DNA from: Eledone cirrhosa
Taxonomy: Eukaryota
Reading direction: 5' to 3'
Assembly (NCBI GenBank): GCA_964016885.1
Contig: OZ024743.1
Span: 237,584,001-237,648,000, forward strand
DNA length: 64,000 nucleotides
Shown here: positions 52,924 to 64,000 of the stretch, piece after piece
How positions within the stretch are numbered: position 1 is the first letter of the stretch
Layout: each line of letters opens with the position of its first letter
Translations under genes and position numbers: made by a program
The notes under the pieces: generated by a model
What the model was told of the DNA's origin: nothing
Database searches by the model: none
Seen by the model: only the letters and a program-made list of their open reading frames with translations

Positions 52924-52932
52924 TATGTGTGT

Positions 52933-53290
<358 letters not shown>

Positions 53291-53539
53291 CTCTCTCTCT
53301 CTCTCTAAACAGTTTTTGAAAGCATTGTTTCAGTATAATTAAAGCTTTTAAGATAACTTCAAGTAAATCTTGTTTGTTACAAACTTTGAAACCAAGCAGA
53401 TCTTATATTTACTGATGTGAGTCTTTTAGACTGAAGATTTTATAAAGAGATTATATTTAATTGTTAGACGTATTCCTTGGTCTTTCAATCATTAAACATT
53501 ATCAACTCTTATGATTTAATGATCTGTGTGTATGTGTGT

Positions 53540-53775
53540 GACAGCTCAAGCCTATGCAGGTTTAGCTGGCCTCATCCAAGGTATATCTCGTTGGAGGTGT
53601 CTTGGGTAATTTAATGATAGGGACACCAGTCCTATCACCTCATTTCTACAGCTGAGTAAACTGAAGCAACGTGAAATAAAGTGTCTTGCTCAAGGAAACA
53701 ACACATCACCCCGTCCGAGAATTGAACTCAAAACCTTATGATTGCAAGCCCAGTGCTCTAACCACTAAGCCATGT
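53540..53775 (-). mobile_element. CORE-type SINE, near full length
   Basis: Reverse complement of 4490-4720. Confidence 0.88.
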
Positions 53776-53924
53776 GCCTGTGTGTATATATATGGTTATC
53801 TACCTATTTTTCTAGAATGCTGGTCACTGCCTCCGTCTCTCTCGCTACCCACATCTCTCACTATTAGGTGGAGGCCCACGTACTGGTCGGTAGAACTGCG
53901 ACCCCAGCGGAGAGAATAGAGAAG

Positions 53925-54814
53925 GCGGTGGTGGTGGTGGTGGTGGTGGTAGTGTGGTGGTGGTGGTGGCAGTGGTGGTGGTTGTGTGGTGGTGGCGGTA
54001 GTGGCACTGTGGTGGTGATGGTGGGGGGTAGTGTGGTAGTGGTAGTAGTGTGGTGGTGGTACTGGTGGTGGTAGTGTGGTGGTTCTGGTGGTGGTAGTGT
54101 GGTGTTGGTGGTGGTGGTGGTGGTGGTGGTGATGGTCGTGGTGATGGTAGTGTCGTGGTAGTGGTGTTGATGGTGGTAGTGGTGGTGATGGTGGTGGTCG
54201 TGGTAGTAGTGGTGGGGTGGTGGTGGTGGTGTTGATGATGGTGGTACTGGAGGCGGTGGTGGTAGTGGTGTTGATGGTGGTGGTGGTGGTGGTAGTGGTA
54301 GTGGTGGTGGTGGTAGTGGTGATGGTGGTGGTACTGGAGGTGGTGGTGGTGATGGTGGTGATGGTGGTGGTGATGGTGGTGGTGGTGGTAGTGGTGGTGG
54401 TGGTGGTGGTGGTGGTGGTGGTAGTGGTGGTGATGGTGGTGGTAGTAGTAGTGGTGGTGGTGGTGGTGTAGATGGTGGTGGTACTGGTGGTGGTGGTAGT
54501 GGTGGTGGTGGTACTGGTGGTGGTGGTGGTAGTGGTGGTGATCGTGGTGGTGGTGGTGGTGGTGTAGATGGTGGTGGTACTGGTGGTGGTGGTGGTAGTG
54601 GTGGTGGTACTGGTGGTGGTGGTGGTAGTGGTGGTGATTGTGGTAGTGGTGGTAGTGGTGGTGGTGATGGTGGTAGTGGTGGTGGTGGTGGTGGTAGTGG
54701 ATGTGGTGGTGGTGATTATGATGGTGGTGGTGGTGGTGATGATGGTAGAGGTGGTGGTGGTGGTGCTGGTGGTGGTGGTGTAGTAATAGTAGTAGTAGTA
54801 GTAGTAGTAGCAGG

Positions 54815-54878
<64 letters not shown>

Positions 54879-54880
54879 CC

Positions 54881-54920
<40 letters not shown>

Positions 54921-54968
54921 CCAGTAGTAGTAGTAGTAGTAGTTGTAGTGGTTGTAGTGGTAGTAGTT
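53925..54968. repeat. (GGT)n/(GTA)n/(GCA)n tract
   Basis: Direct. Confidence 0.95.
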
Positions 54969-55281
54969 GGAGGTTCTGTTCTGGTCTACATTGTTGAGTC
55001 TATTGAATCAGTCAGTAAAATATTTTCACGTCTTTGTGTCTTTGTTTGTGTCTTTCTGTGTGTGTGTGTATGTGTGTATGGGTGTGTCGTGGAATAGGGA
55101 TGCAAGTGGGCGTGGTAGCTGGCTATATGCACTTGCGTGTATGTATACCTACACCTATACACACAGATACAAACATTCTCACACATATACATACACATGT
55201 GTGGCTATTTATATATATATATATATATATACGTATTTATATGTGTGTGTGCGTTTATATTTTTATATTTTTGTATTTTTG

Positions 55282-55342
<61 letters not shown>

Positions 55343-55732
55343 GTGTGTATATAATTACATATACATGTGTGTGTTTATATTGTATGCGTGTACGTGTTTG
55401 CGTATGTATGTGTATGTACGTGTTTATGTATTTGTATATGTATATTTATGTGTGAGAGTGTGTGTATGTGTTTACTATTTCGAACGTATGTATATGTGCT
55501 TATGTGTGTATTACTTACCACGCGTGTCTGTCCTGTTAGCTGGGGCATGTATCGCTGTCAAATATTTGTTAAATTATTTATATATTTTTTTCTTATATTT
55601 ATTTGCGTGTGTTAATATGTAGTGGAGTGCATTCATGTATGTGTATGTATGTACGTTGTATGTTTGTGTGAATGTATGTATATGTGTGTGTATATATATG
55701 TGTGTGTGTATGTGTAGGCTTGTACACACACA

Positions 55733-55763
<31 letters not shown>

Positions 55764-55856
55764 ATATGTGTATATGTGTGTATATGTATGTATATATATA
55801 TATATATATATATATGTATGGATATGTACATGTGTATATATATGTGTGTGTGTGTG

Positions 55857-55887
<31 letters not shown>

Positions 55888-55950
55888 ATGTATGAATATA
55901 TGTATGTGTATATGTGTGTATATATGTGTATGTGTGTGTAGGTGTACGCT

Positions 55951-56002
<52 letters not shown>

Positions 56003-56362
56003 ATGTGTATATGTGTATGCGTGCAAATTATATGTGTATATATGTGTGTGTGTGTAAGTATGCTTTTGTGTTTTTTTGTGTGTGTTTGCATGTGTAGTTT
56101 TATTTTATTTTATTTTTCCTTTCCTTCTCCCTTTTCCAGCCTCACTTTCATATAGATTGCATTTTTGTTTTTAGAATCCATATTCAATAAACAAACCAGG
56201 ATTTTTCATTCTGAGGATTGAAAGCAAAACCTTTTGCTTTTAAGAAACCACTGGTAAATGGAATAATTGCCTTATGTTGTTTATTACATAATAATAATAA
56301 TTAAGCTCTGTTGCTTACATAGAGCACTCTTTTTTCCTGGACTTTTCCGATGGAATTACTTC

Positions 56363-56393
<31 letters not shown>

Positions 56394-56397
<4 letters not shown>

Positions 56398-56770
56398 AAA
56401 GTTAAATAAGGTTCAATGAAAACATCAAAGAATGAGTTTTACAATAGATTGGAAGCACTCAACAGTGGGTTTTCCAGAGTTATTAATATTAATTCAAAAT
56501 ATTAACAAAATACATATTCTTGTGATCAATTATATGTTATTATACATATTTCAGAGCTACTGAGTTAAGTTCAACAGTACGTCCTCATCAGATAAAATAA
56601 GATGATGCATGACATACCCTGACATGGTAGTGAATCACTACCATGACTGAATCTTAACCATCTACTATGTCAGGGTATGTCATGCATCATCTTATTTTAT
56701 CTGATGAGGACGTACTGTTGAACAAGAATATCTATTTTGAAGAATATCTATTTTGTTAATATTTTGAATA
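56394..56770. mobile_element. Second family C fold-back PLE terminal repeat; HHR 56534-56598 (-), plus-strand copy deleted after the 5' half of stem II
   Basis: Homologous to 18752-19152; flanked by (TA)n. Confidence 0.78.
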
Positions 56771-56786
56771 TATATATATATATATA

Positions 56787-57085
56787 TATTGTTATACTTG
56801 GGGAGGGTCATATTTGTGCAATAATGCCAGAATTAATAACAGAACACACTCACTGTTTGGTTGGTTTTCGCTTCTGCGTCTTTTATATCGATTAATTTAA
56901 TTTATTCGGTCCTCAATGTTACCATTGACTGACCAACGCTCAAAAACACAGATATAATATAGACACAAACACATATATATTGTCTTACATAGTTCTTTCG
57001 TTGCATATCTGCAACATCGTCAGTGGTGCTATTATGTTTCCTCCTGTTGTATTCTATGCCTAGGCCATCTTTATTTAGTCTCTTT
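56787..57085 (-). mobile_element. PLE terminal repeat related to 14740-16948; HHR 56986-57028
   Basis: ca-CTGACGA-t-gttgca-gata-tgcaac-GAAA-gaac-TA-tg; ends ATGACCCTCCCCAAGTATAACAAT then (AT)n. Confidence 0.75.
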
Positions 57086-57093
57086 ATATATAT

Positions 57094-57146
<53 letters not shown>

Positions 57147-57394
57147 TTTCTTTATTAACCACAAGGGTTTACATAAAGTAGACATTAAGGACAGTGCAGG
57201 ACAATGCAGGACGGTACAAATGGGCATTTCTGCGTGTAAAAAACAAAAACAGAGAATGTAACAAAAAATAACAATGAAAAATTCCCCAATAGGGGGGAGA
57301 CTTCGGAGGGACATTTGTGGAGAAAGCCCAGTAAAAAGCCACAATGACCCTGACCACCAAGGCAAGTGCCCTCTCCCAGTTTTCCACCTTTAGT

Positions 57395-60300
57395 TTACAG
57401 ATATATACTCAGAGTCGGCCCATTCACTCGGGCCATTCTTGCTTCTCTCACCCATCTTTCAACAAAATGCTGGGAAGAGAGCACTTCCTTCTCTACTCTG
57501 ATTTTCCTTTTCAAATGAAATTTGAAAAAGTCAATCAGAGCATCACCGAAGAGGTAAGTGCTCGTCTTCAGCCCTTTCAAACGTGTCCACCATACTATCT
57601 CTTTCGCCATGGCCACCAGACAGATAAAAACTGCCTGCCCTTCCCGGCTAAAGGAGGAGGGCGGGGCAATCCTCACGATAGACTCAGATGATAGCTGGAT
57701 CCGTCCTAAACGCGACAGCAGGTGTTCGACATAAACCCACAAGTCAGCAATTTTCGGACACTGGACGAGTGCGTGCAGGACGGTTTCGTCGCCCTGCGCG
57801 CATCTCGGACATGCCCGGCTGACGGCACCTCCATGCCTGTAGAGTTTATCCCGAACTGGCAAGGCTCCTCGGTAGCACTGCCAGGCCAGAGATTTCTGGA
57901 AGTTGTCCATAGGCCCTGGCCCGAAAGTTCTTCCGAAGAGATTGGCTAGTTGATTTTCGTCGACGCCTAGAGTTTCCCCAAGTACGTCATCGCTCTTCCC
58001 CTCCACTAATCCTCTATAGAACGCCGAGGTGGAGTTTCCACCGATCACATTGCCCGATTGGTCGAGGGCTGTGAGCGCCTGAAGACATTCCAGTCTCCAG
58101 GCGCTCCCTCTCGGTCTTCGCTTGACCCAGGACTGCAGCTCCGTCAAGGAAACGAGCTGGGGAAAAACGCGCCTAGCAAACGGCGACCACACCTGATCAC
58201 CGTCGAGGAAGAGGTGGAGATGTCGTAGCCTGAGCGCGTGCCTGCGCATCATCAGCCACGGCATGCCCAGCCCTCCACGTAGCGGGTGTTGACAACAGAT
58301 GGACCGCCTGACCATCGGAGCACGTCCCTTCCACAAAAAGCGAAAGAGCAAACGCTCCAGCGCAGTCAGGCGAGGCTTAGGACAAGGTACGACGGTTAGG
58401 CGGTAGCAGATGACAGACGCGATGTACGCGTTAGCCACCTCCGCTCGACCTTTCAGGGATAGCTTCCTCTCCGCCCATTTCTGGGTGAGAGAAGCCACCC
58501 TGCTCGTCACCTCGTCCCAGTTTTTGTCCGTCTGGAGGTCCGGACCGAACCAGACCCCTAGCAATTTAACCGGTCCGTCCGTCCAGCGCCCGACGACGCT
58601 GTTGGACGGCATGGACCTGCCTCTCCAGGTGCCGAGCTGCAGGCCCACTGACTTTTCCTGGTTGATCATTGCTCCTGTCACCGCTTCGTATTCTCTTAGT
58701 GTAGTGCCGATCGCCTCGATGTGTTTGGCGTTCGACACCACTACGGTGACATCGTCCGCATATGCTGACACGGATCTTCCGCATCCTAGTTCGCGCGGGA
58801 CTCCCCTCAACGTCTCCAGTTTGTGCAGTAATGGCTCGAGAGTCAATACGTACAAGAGGGACGAGAGGGGACATCCTTGGCGGACCGAGCGCATGATGTT
58901 GAACGGTTCCGACAGGTGACCGTTCACTCTCACCACAGAGCAGATGTCGCTGTGCATGGCAGCGATCCAGCCTCTGAAGACGGGCCCAAAGCCAGCCGCC
59001 CTCAGGACTGCCGCTAGGTAACGATGGTCGACCCTATCGAAAGCTTTCGACTGATCTAAATTGATCAAGGACCCACCCGTGCCAGGTTCCCTAGCTACCC
59101 TCTCTATGATGTATCGCATGAGGTGGAGGTTGTCGTGGATGGATCTGTCGGGAATGGCGCATGTCTGCGCCTCTCCCACCAGACCACCAACGACAAGCGC
59201 CAACCTCTTTGCTAGCACCTTGGCCAAAATCTTAAACTCTGTGTTTAGCAGAGTTATGGGCCGGAAATTGTCTATGTTATCTCCCTTGTTCGGATCCTTT
59301 CTCAGCAGTGCCACCGCTCCTCGGCTCACAGAACTGGGAATTCTCCCGTTCTGTTGCCAGTTGCAGTAGACGTCCGCCAAGAGGCCTCCGAACAAGTCTG
59401 GCATCTGTACGTAAAGTTCATAGGGCAGACCATCCAAACCAGGCGATTTACCCCTTGTGCAGCCAGTCATTGCCTCCCGTACTTCAGCGGCTGTTATCGG
59501 CTTTTCGCAACACCTCGCCTCAGTGGCCGAGAGCCGCGGCAGTCCGTCGAGGTAGACACTAAAGTCCATCCCTCTACCCGGCCCCCCGCTGCCCCCGAAC
59601 AGCTGAGCGAAGTGTCGCTGAAAAGCTTCACACATTTGCCCGGGATCGAGTAGCATGCGCCCGTCGTGGTCCACCAAAGACCGGATCGTGGCTTTGTTGC
59701 CACGACGCGCCTCCGCCACTCGGGCCCATTGAACGGCTTTCGTCCCCTCGTGTCTGAGAGCACGCACCCTAGCTCTGACAACGCAGCCTTCGTGCTTTGC
59801 ATTGAAGAATTGGTCAAGGGCCAATTTCGCCGCAAGCACGTCGGTCGCAATGCCTTTGCTAAGCGCCTCGTCTAATTTTCTAACTAGTTCTCCCTCTGCT
59901 CTATTTTTCTCTATTGCTAAAGCCTTACTAAACCTAATCGATTCTATTCTAATCGCTCTTTTCAGAGCAAACCACCACTTGTTGTTGACGATGGCCCCCG
60001 TCAACGCCCGCTTAACTAGTTCGCTAATCCGGTCTCTGTAGGCCTTGCGCGCTGGTAAGGACGCGTTTAGCTTCCAGTAGCCGGGTCCTCGTCTATGAAG
60101 CCTATCTAAGTCAAGCACACAGATCACGAATTTGTGGTCCGTGTAGCTGACTATCTTGAATTGTGGACAGCCTATGCTAGACCTATCTATTTCCCTACAA
60201 AATACTCTATCTAGATATGATCTGGATGACCCTATGCGGTTTCTCCAAGTCCACATTGGCACATTCGGGAAATCCAATCGGTACCTGTCAGACAGTTCAA

Positions 60301-60814
60301 AACGCCTGAGCAGGTTGGTGAGGCTCTTGCACCCTCCACCCCTATCCGCTAATCCCACACAGTCCCAGCGTGCATCTAAGATCCCGTTCCAGTCGCCCAC
60401 TAACACTAAAGAGCGCGACGTTCCAAGAAAGGTCTCCAGACGCCGGAAGAAATCAGGCCGCCCTGCTCCTGTCGGAGCATAGACGGCCACTAGCCTGAAA
60501 GCTTGCCCGTCTCCGCTGGTCACGTCCAGCACCACCAGCTTACCCTCTGGGTCCAGGAAGATGGCCCGTATGGCGAGATCCAAACCTCTCCGAAAAAGCA
60601 CAGCAACTCCTCCACCGGATCCAGGACGGCTGGGAGATGCGTACACATCGTAGCCGCCGAAGATCGGTGCGAAGGCCCGTGCTTCGGAGATTCTGGTCTC
60701 GCTGATGGCCACTACATCTATGTTTAGTGACCTGACGTCGTTGAGCAGGTGACCCTGCTTCCATGACGACCCCAAGCCACGCGCATTTATGCTGCCTATT
60801 CTGAGTGAGGTCAT
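57395..60814 (-). CDS. ORF2: APE endonuclease plus RT plus C-terminal zinc-binding domain
   Basis: SINARGL, SET, VYAP, GDWN, YLDR, TDH, GYWKLN, SPGLDG, NFRPITLLN, DQSKAFDRV, RQGCPLS, AYADD, LLG, CPRC..ETVLHALVQC. Confidence 0.97.
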   Translation of the reverse strand: MTSLRIGSINARGLGSSWKQGHLLNDVRSLNIDVVAISETRISEARAFAPIFGGYDVYASPSRPGSGGGVAVLFRRGLDLAIRAIFLDPEGKLVVLDVTSGDGQAFRLVAVYAPTGAGRPDFFRRLETFLGTSRSLVLVGDWNGILDARWDCVGLADRGGGCKSLTNLLRRFELSDRYRLDFPNVPMWTWRNRIGSSRSYLDRVFCREIDRSSIGCPQFKIVSYTDHKFVICVLDLDRLHRRGPGYWKLNASLPARKAYRDRISELVKRALTGAIVNNKWWFALKRAIRIESIRFSKALAIEKNRAEGELVRKLDEALSKGIATDVLAAKLALDQFFNAKHEGCVVRARVRALRHEGTKAVQWARVAEARRGNKATIRSLVDHDGRMLLDPGQMCEAFQRHFAQLFGGSGGPGRGMDFSVYLDGLPRLSATEARCCEKPITAAEVREAMTGCTRGKSPGLDGLPYELYVQMPDLFGGLLADVYCNWQQNGRIPSSVSRGAVALLRKDPNKGDNIDNFRPITLLNTEFKILAKVLAKRLALVVGGLVGEAQTCAIPDRSIHDNLHLMRYIIERVAREPGTGGSLINLDQSKAFDRVDHRYLAAVLRAAGFGPVFRGWIAAMHSDICSVVRVNGHLSEPFNIMRSVRQGCPLSSLLYVLTLEPLLHKLETLRGVPRELGCGRSVSAYADDVTVVVSNAKHIEAIGTTLREYEAVTGAMINQEKSVGLQLGTWRGRSMPSNSVVGRWTDGPVKLLGVWFGPDLQTDKNWDEVTSRVASLTQKWAERKLSLKGRAEVANAYIASVICYRLTVVPCPKPRLTALERLLFRFLWKGRAPMVRRSICCQHPLRGGLGMPWLMMRRHALRLRHLHLFLDGDQVWSPFARRVFPQLVSLTELQSWVKRRPRGSAWRLECLQALTALDQSGNVIGGNSTSAFYRGLVEGKSDDVLGETLGVDENQLANLFGRTFGPGPMDNFQKSLAWQCYRGALPVRDKLYRHGGAVSRACPRCAQGDETVLHALVQCPKIADLWVYVEHLLSRLGRIQLSSESIVRIAPPSSFSREGQAVFICLVAMAKEIVWWTRLKGLKTSTYLFGDALIDFFKFHLKRKIRVEKEVLSSQHFVERWVREARMARVNGPTLSIYL

Positions 60815-60849
60815 GTTTAAAATAGAGTGGAAAAGATGGGAAAGACCAC

Positions 60850-62946
60850 TTACCGTACTTTTGGTAGAGGAGGGATGGTTTTTACATCCCTTTTCACTTG
60901 ATCGTCTGGTGAAGGGACCGTTGAATCGTCCCTTCGGTTGGTCGTCGGCTCTTCTAAGAGAATGTCTGAGTATACTCTTCGATTGATGGTTCCTCCTAGG
61001 TCCCTGAAATCACCAACTGCGTTGGGGAATTTCGTTTTAATATTTGTGTATTGTTTCTGTGCTATTTTTAGCAGTCTTATGTTAGTTGGCGTTTTGATTG
61101 GTGCTGGTATTATGTAGTCCTGTTGTGAAATGTCTGTGTGTTCAATTATGTAAGTCATTAGTTTCTTGTTGTGTGTATTTATTGCCGTGCATTTGTTTTT
61201 CTGGGGGTGGGGTGTGGTTCTGCTATTTTCTTGTCGTTGTTGCTGGGTGTGTGTGTTTTGTTGTTGTGTTTGCGATGTTGGTGCTTGTGGTGGTGGTGTT
61301 GAAGGTGTTGTTGGCGGTGGGGTTGTCGCCGGTGGTGATGGTGGCGCTAGTGTGGGTGGTGATGGTGTTGGTGTTGTTGCTGCTGTGGGTCTCTTTGCAG
61401 TAGACTTTACCCTTTTCTCATTTCTTTCTTCCCTTTTCAAAGGCGACGATGCGCTGCTTCTGCGTTTGTGCCTTCTTACGACCTTTTGCCATCTCTCTCC
61501 CACCTCACACTCCATGTCTGATTCTGTGAGGTCGGGGAGGGGTACCAACTCCACTCTTTCACTTGTTGTTGTTGGTGATGTTTGCACTGGAGTCTCTGTT
61601 GCAGCTGCATTTGGTATTGCTGTTGTTGTTGTTAGTATTTCCACTGCTGCTGCTGTTTTTGATTTCCGTGGAGTGGGTATGGGTGCCACGGGCCTATCGT
61701 TCCTGGTTGCCGCTTGTCCTGTTGCTGGTAGCCGTGGAGCCGGATTCGGAAGGAGGGGGGTTTTCTCCTTTCTCAGGGTCTTCTCGTTGCAGAAGGCCCT
61801 GAGGTGAGTCTTCGATCCACAGCGAAAGCATTTCGGGCGTTTGCCCTCAACACTTATGGGCAGTTGAGTGCCGTTATCGAAGTCTATCACATCCGGGATA
61901 GCTTCGATGCACTCCTGGTTGGTTTGGATTAGCATCTCAATGGAGGAGCCGACCCAATCTTCTCTTACTTTTTTCTGTACTTGCAGTACAGTTGTTTTGT
62001 CCTCGATTCCGACGAGGACAGACGCGGCCAGCCAAGAAGGGGTCATTCCGGGGGGGACGTGGGTCAGTTTGACCCTCACAATTTTTTGCCCGCAGTAGGA
62101 GGGCACCAACACCATTTCCTCGCTCCTTAGGGTCACTACTGATTGGGCCTTTGCCTCCTGGGGTGTGGCAAAAAGTACGTCTACGGTGGCATATTTTTTG
62201 CCTCGGGTGATGTGCGTTTTCCGCTGCCACACAGACCCCAAAGCTTTTTGTATTTGGGCCTCTGTGGCTCTTTCCACCCTACGGGATTTTGTACTTACTG
62301 TACGGTACGTGACCGTACAGTGCTCTTGGGTTTCGAAAAAATTTTTCGCTGCCTTGCAGATTGCTCGGTGTCCGTTCTTTGTCACCATCTTCTTCGCTTC
62401 CTCTAATTCCTCATTTGTTATGAGGATTGTTTCCAAGTTTTTCGCAATACCTGCAAATGAGATTGGTTTTTCTCTGCTGTTGTTGTTGTCGTCAGAGCTG
62501 CTGGTACTTTTGTTGTTGCTGCAGGTACTACGACTACTGCCTCCGCCGCTGTTGCTGTGGTTGTTGTTGGTGTTGCTGCTGCTAATGCTGTTGTTGTTTA
62601 TGCTGCTGGTGATGCTGTTGCGGCTGCTACTGTTGTTTTCATTGTCACTGTTGCTGTTGTTATTACGGCTGCTACTGCTATTATTCCTGACGTCAGACGA
62701 ATGAACTGGGTTTTCGTATTTCCCGCACACCTGTTTCGTCGCTGTCGTCGTCGTCGTGGAGAAACCTTGCACGCTTTGCACGAGACTTTTCTTTTCTTTC
62801 GTCGCTTGCGAAAGAGAAGGGAGGGAGAGAGACACATTTAAAGAAGGGAGGGAGAGAGACAATCTTCTCTCTGCTGTAGTGATGATTGAGGAAGAAGAAG
62901 ACGGAATGAGTGGGAGTGACGTATGAAATTTCTTTTTCGTAGCCAT
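60850..62946 (-). CDS. ORF1: gag-like nucleic-acid-binding protein with CCHC knuckle
   Basis: CFRCGSKTHLRAFC; basic WQKVVRRHKRR; Ser/Asn and Pro/Thr/Gln low-complexity tracts. Confidence 0.88.
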   Translation of the reverse strand: MATKKKFHTSLPLIPSSSSSIITTAERRLSLSLPSLNVSLSLPSLSQATKEKKSLVQSVQGFSTTTTTATKQVCGKYENPVHSSDVRNNSSSSRNNNSNSDNENNSSSRNSITSSINNNSISSSNTNNNHSNSGGGSSRSTCSNNKSTSSSDDNNNSREKPISFAGIAKNLETILITNEELEEAKKMVTKNGHRAICKAAKNFFETQEHCTVTYRTVSTKSRRVERATEAQIQKALGSVWQRKTHITRGKKYATVDVLFATPQEAKAQSVVTLRSEEMVLVPSYCGQKIVRVKLTHVPPGMTPSWLAASVLVGIEDKTTVLQVQKKVREDWVGSSIEMLIQTNQECIEAIPDVIDFDNGTQLPISVEGKRPKCFRCGSKTHLRAFCNEKTLRKEKTPLLPNPAPRLPATGQAATRNDRPVAPIPTPRKSKTAAAVEILTTTTAIPNAAATETPVQTSPTTTSERVELVPLPDLTESDMECEVGERWQKVVRRHKRRSSASSPLKREERNEKRVKSTAKRPTAATTPTPSPPTLAPPSPPATTPPPTTPSTPPPQAPTSQTQQQNTHTQQQRQENSRTTPHPQKNKCTAINTHNKKLMTYIIEHTDISQQDYIIPAPIKTPTNIRLLKIAQKQYTNIKTKFPNAVGDFRDLGGTINRRVYSDILLEEPTTNRRDDSTVPSPDDQVKRDVKTIPPLPKVR

Positions 62947-63189
62947 GTTGTTTTTTGTTTAAAATGAATATTGGGTACAAAACCCCAATAACTGGTTATT
63001 TAGCCCCGAAGGGCCAAATAACGGACAGAAAGACCCCTCTCACGAGGAGGAGGGTGTCTTTATCAACAATTTGGTTCAAGTTTTAAACAATTTACAATTG
63101 TTTTAACGGTTAAAAATTACTATACCTTACAGAGCCGAGCCTCCGTCAACCATGGCATTCAATAATAATAATAATAATAATAATAATAA

Positions 63190-64000
63190 GCATTCGATAG
63201 TTTGCCACACAGTTGGATTGAAAAATGTTTAGAGATTTTCAAAATATCCCCCGTTGTCAGGAGGTTTTTGTTATTCAGTATGAAGACATGGAATGTGACA
63301 CTCCTTTTGAATAGTGAAACAAAATCACTGGAAGCTGGAGAAGTTAATATTAATTGTGGAATTTTTCAGGGTGACTCTTTATCACCGCTTTTATTCTGCA
63401 TCGCACTTATACCATTAAGTAAAATGCTCAATGAAACAAAACATGGATATAAAGTCTATGACAAAACCATTAATCACCTGTTCTACATGGATGACCTGAA
63501 ACTATTTGCAAAAAATGATGAACAATTGCAAGGGCTATTATCTACTGTGGAGCAGTTCAGTGATGACATTAAAATGGAGTTTGGACTAGATAAATGCGCC
63601 AAAGCAACGTTCACCAGAGTAAAGCTGCTGAAGAGTTCAGACATTAATCTTGATCGGGGAAACGTGATAAGAGAACTTGATCAAGAAAAAACTTACAAAT
63701 ATCTAGGTGTTTGTGAAGGAGACGGAATCAAGCACTCGACAATGAGGGAAAGGATAAGGAAGGAATGTTACCGCAGAGTAAGAGAAATCTTAAGAACGGA
63801 ATTGAATGCAAGGAATAGGATCGATGCCATAAACACGCTTGCCATACCACTAGTAACCTACAGTTACAATGTCATCAACTGGTCAAGCACAGAGATCCGT
63901 AGGCTCGATACAAAAATTCGAAAATTCTTAACCATGCACAGAATGCATCACCCTAAGGCAGATATAGATAGAATATATCTCCCTAGGAAAGAAGGAGGAC
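63190..64000 (+). CDS. Dong/R4-clade RT, 5'-truncated, runs off the window (not in the ORF track)
   Basis: Open frame from 63190: AFDSLPHSWI...GIFQGDSLSPLLFCIALIPLS...INHLFYMDDLKLF...FGLDKC...YKYLG...HHPKADIDRIYLPRKEGG; starts right after (AAT)n. Confidence 0.95.

Larger units (their letters stand above)
57145..63160 (-). mobile_element. Full-length Tx1-clade (L1 group) LINE in (ATT)n
   Basis: ~214-nt 5' UTR, ORF1, 35-nt spacer, ORF2, ~250-nt 3' UTR with AATAAA; (AAT)n on both sides. Confidence 0.93.

Noticed and set aside
57722-62980. Antisense and alternate-frame ORFs over the Tx1 element
   Set aside because: Shadows of GC-rich or low-complexity coding sequence.

Overview
AT-rich, microsatellite-saturated animal DNA. 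The SINE families suggest an octopod cephalopod (inference from remembered consensus sequences, not searched). Nearly all ORFs in the track are microsatellite or satellite artefacts. The real coding content is retrotransposon: a full-length, apparently intact Tx1-clade LINE (57145-63160, -); two R4/Dong-clade RLE LINEs (19240-21947, - and 63190->64000, +); Penelope-like (PLE) GIY-YIG fragments; and CRE, RTE and CR1-group remnants. The dominant unexplained structure is a set of about 14 full and about 8 half type-I hammerhead ribozyme (HHR) motifs from at least 6 PLE terminal-repeat families. Most end in (TA)n tracts and many sit in fold-back palindromes; one family folds back exactly at HHR stem II and lacks the CUGANGA box. 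Four tandem arrays are present (58, 33, 48 and 50 bp units), and three visibly grew out of transposon sequence. Weak host-gene signals are a candidate TALE/E-box enhancer (~10.7-11.0 kb), a promoter with a short first exon (~12.7 kb, +) and a signal-peptide-like exon (44769-44822, -). All alignments, folds and copy counts were done by eye.
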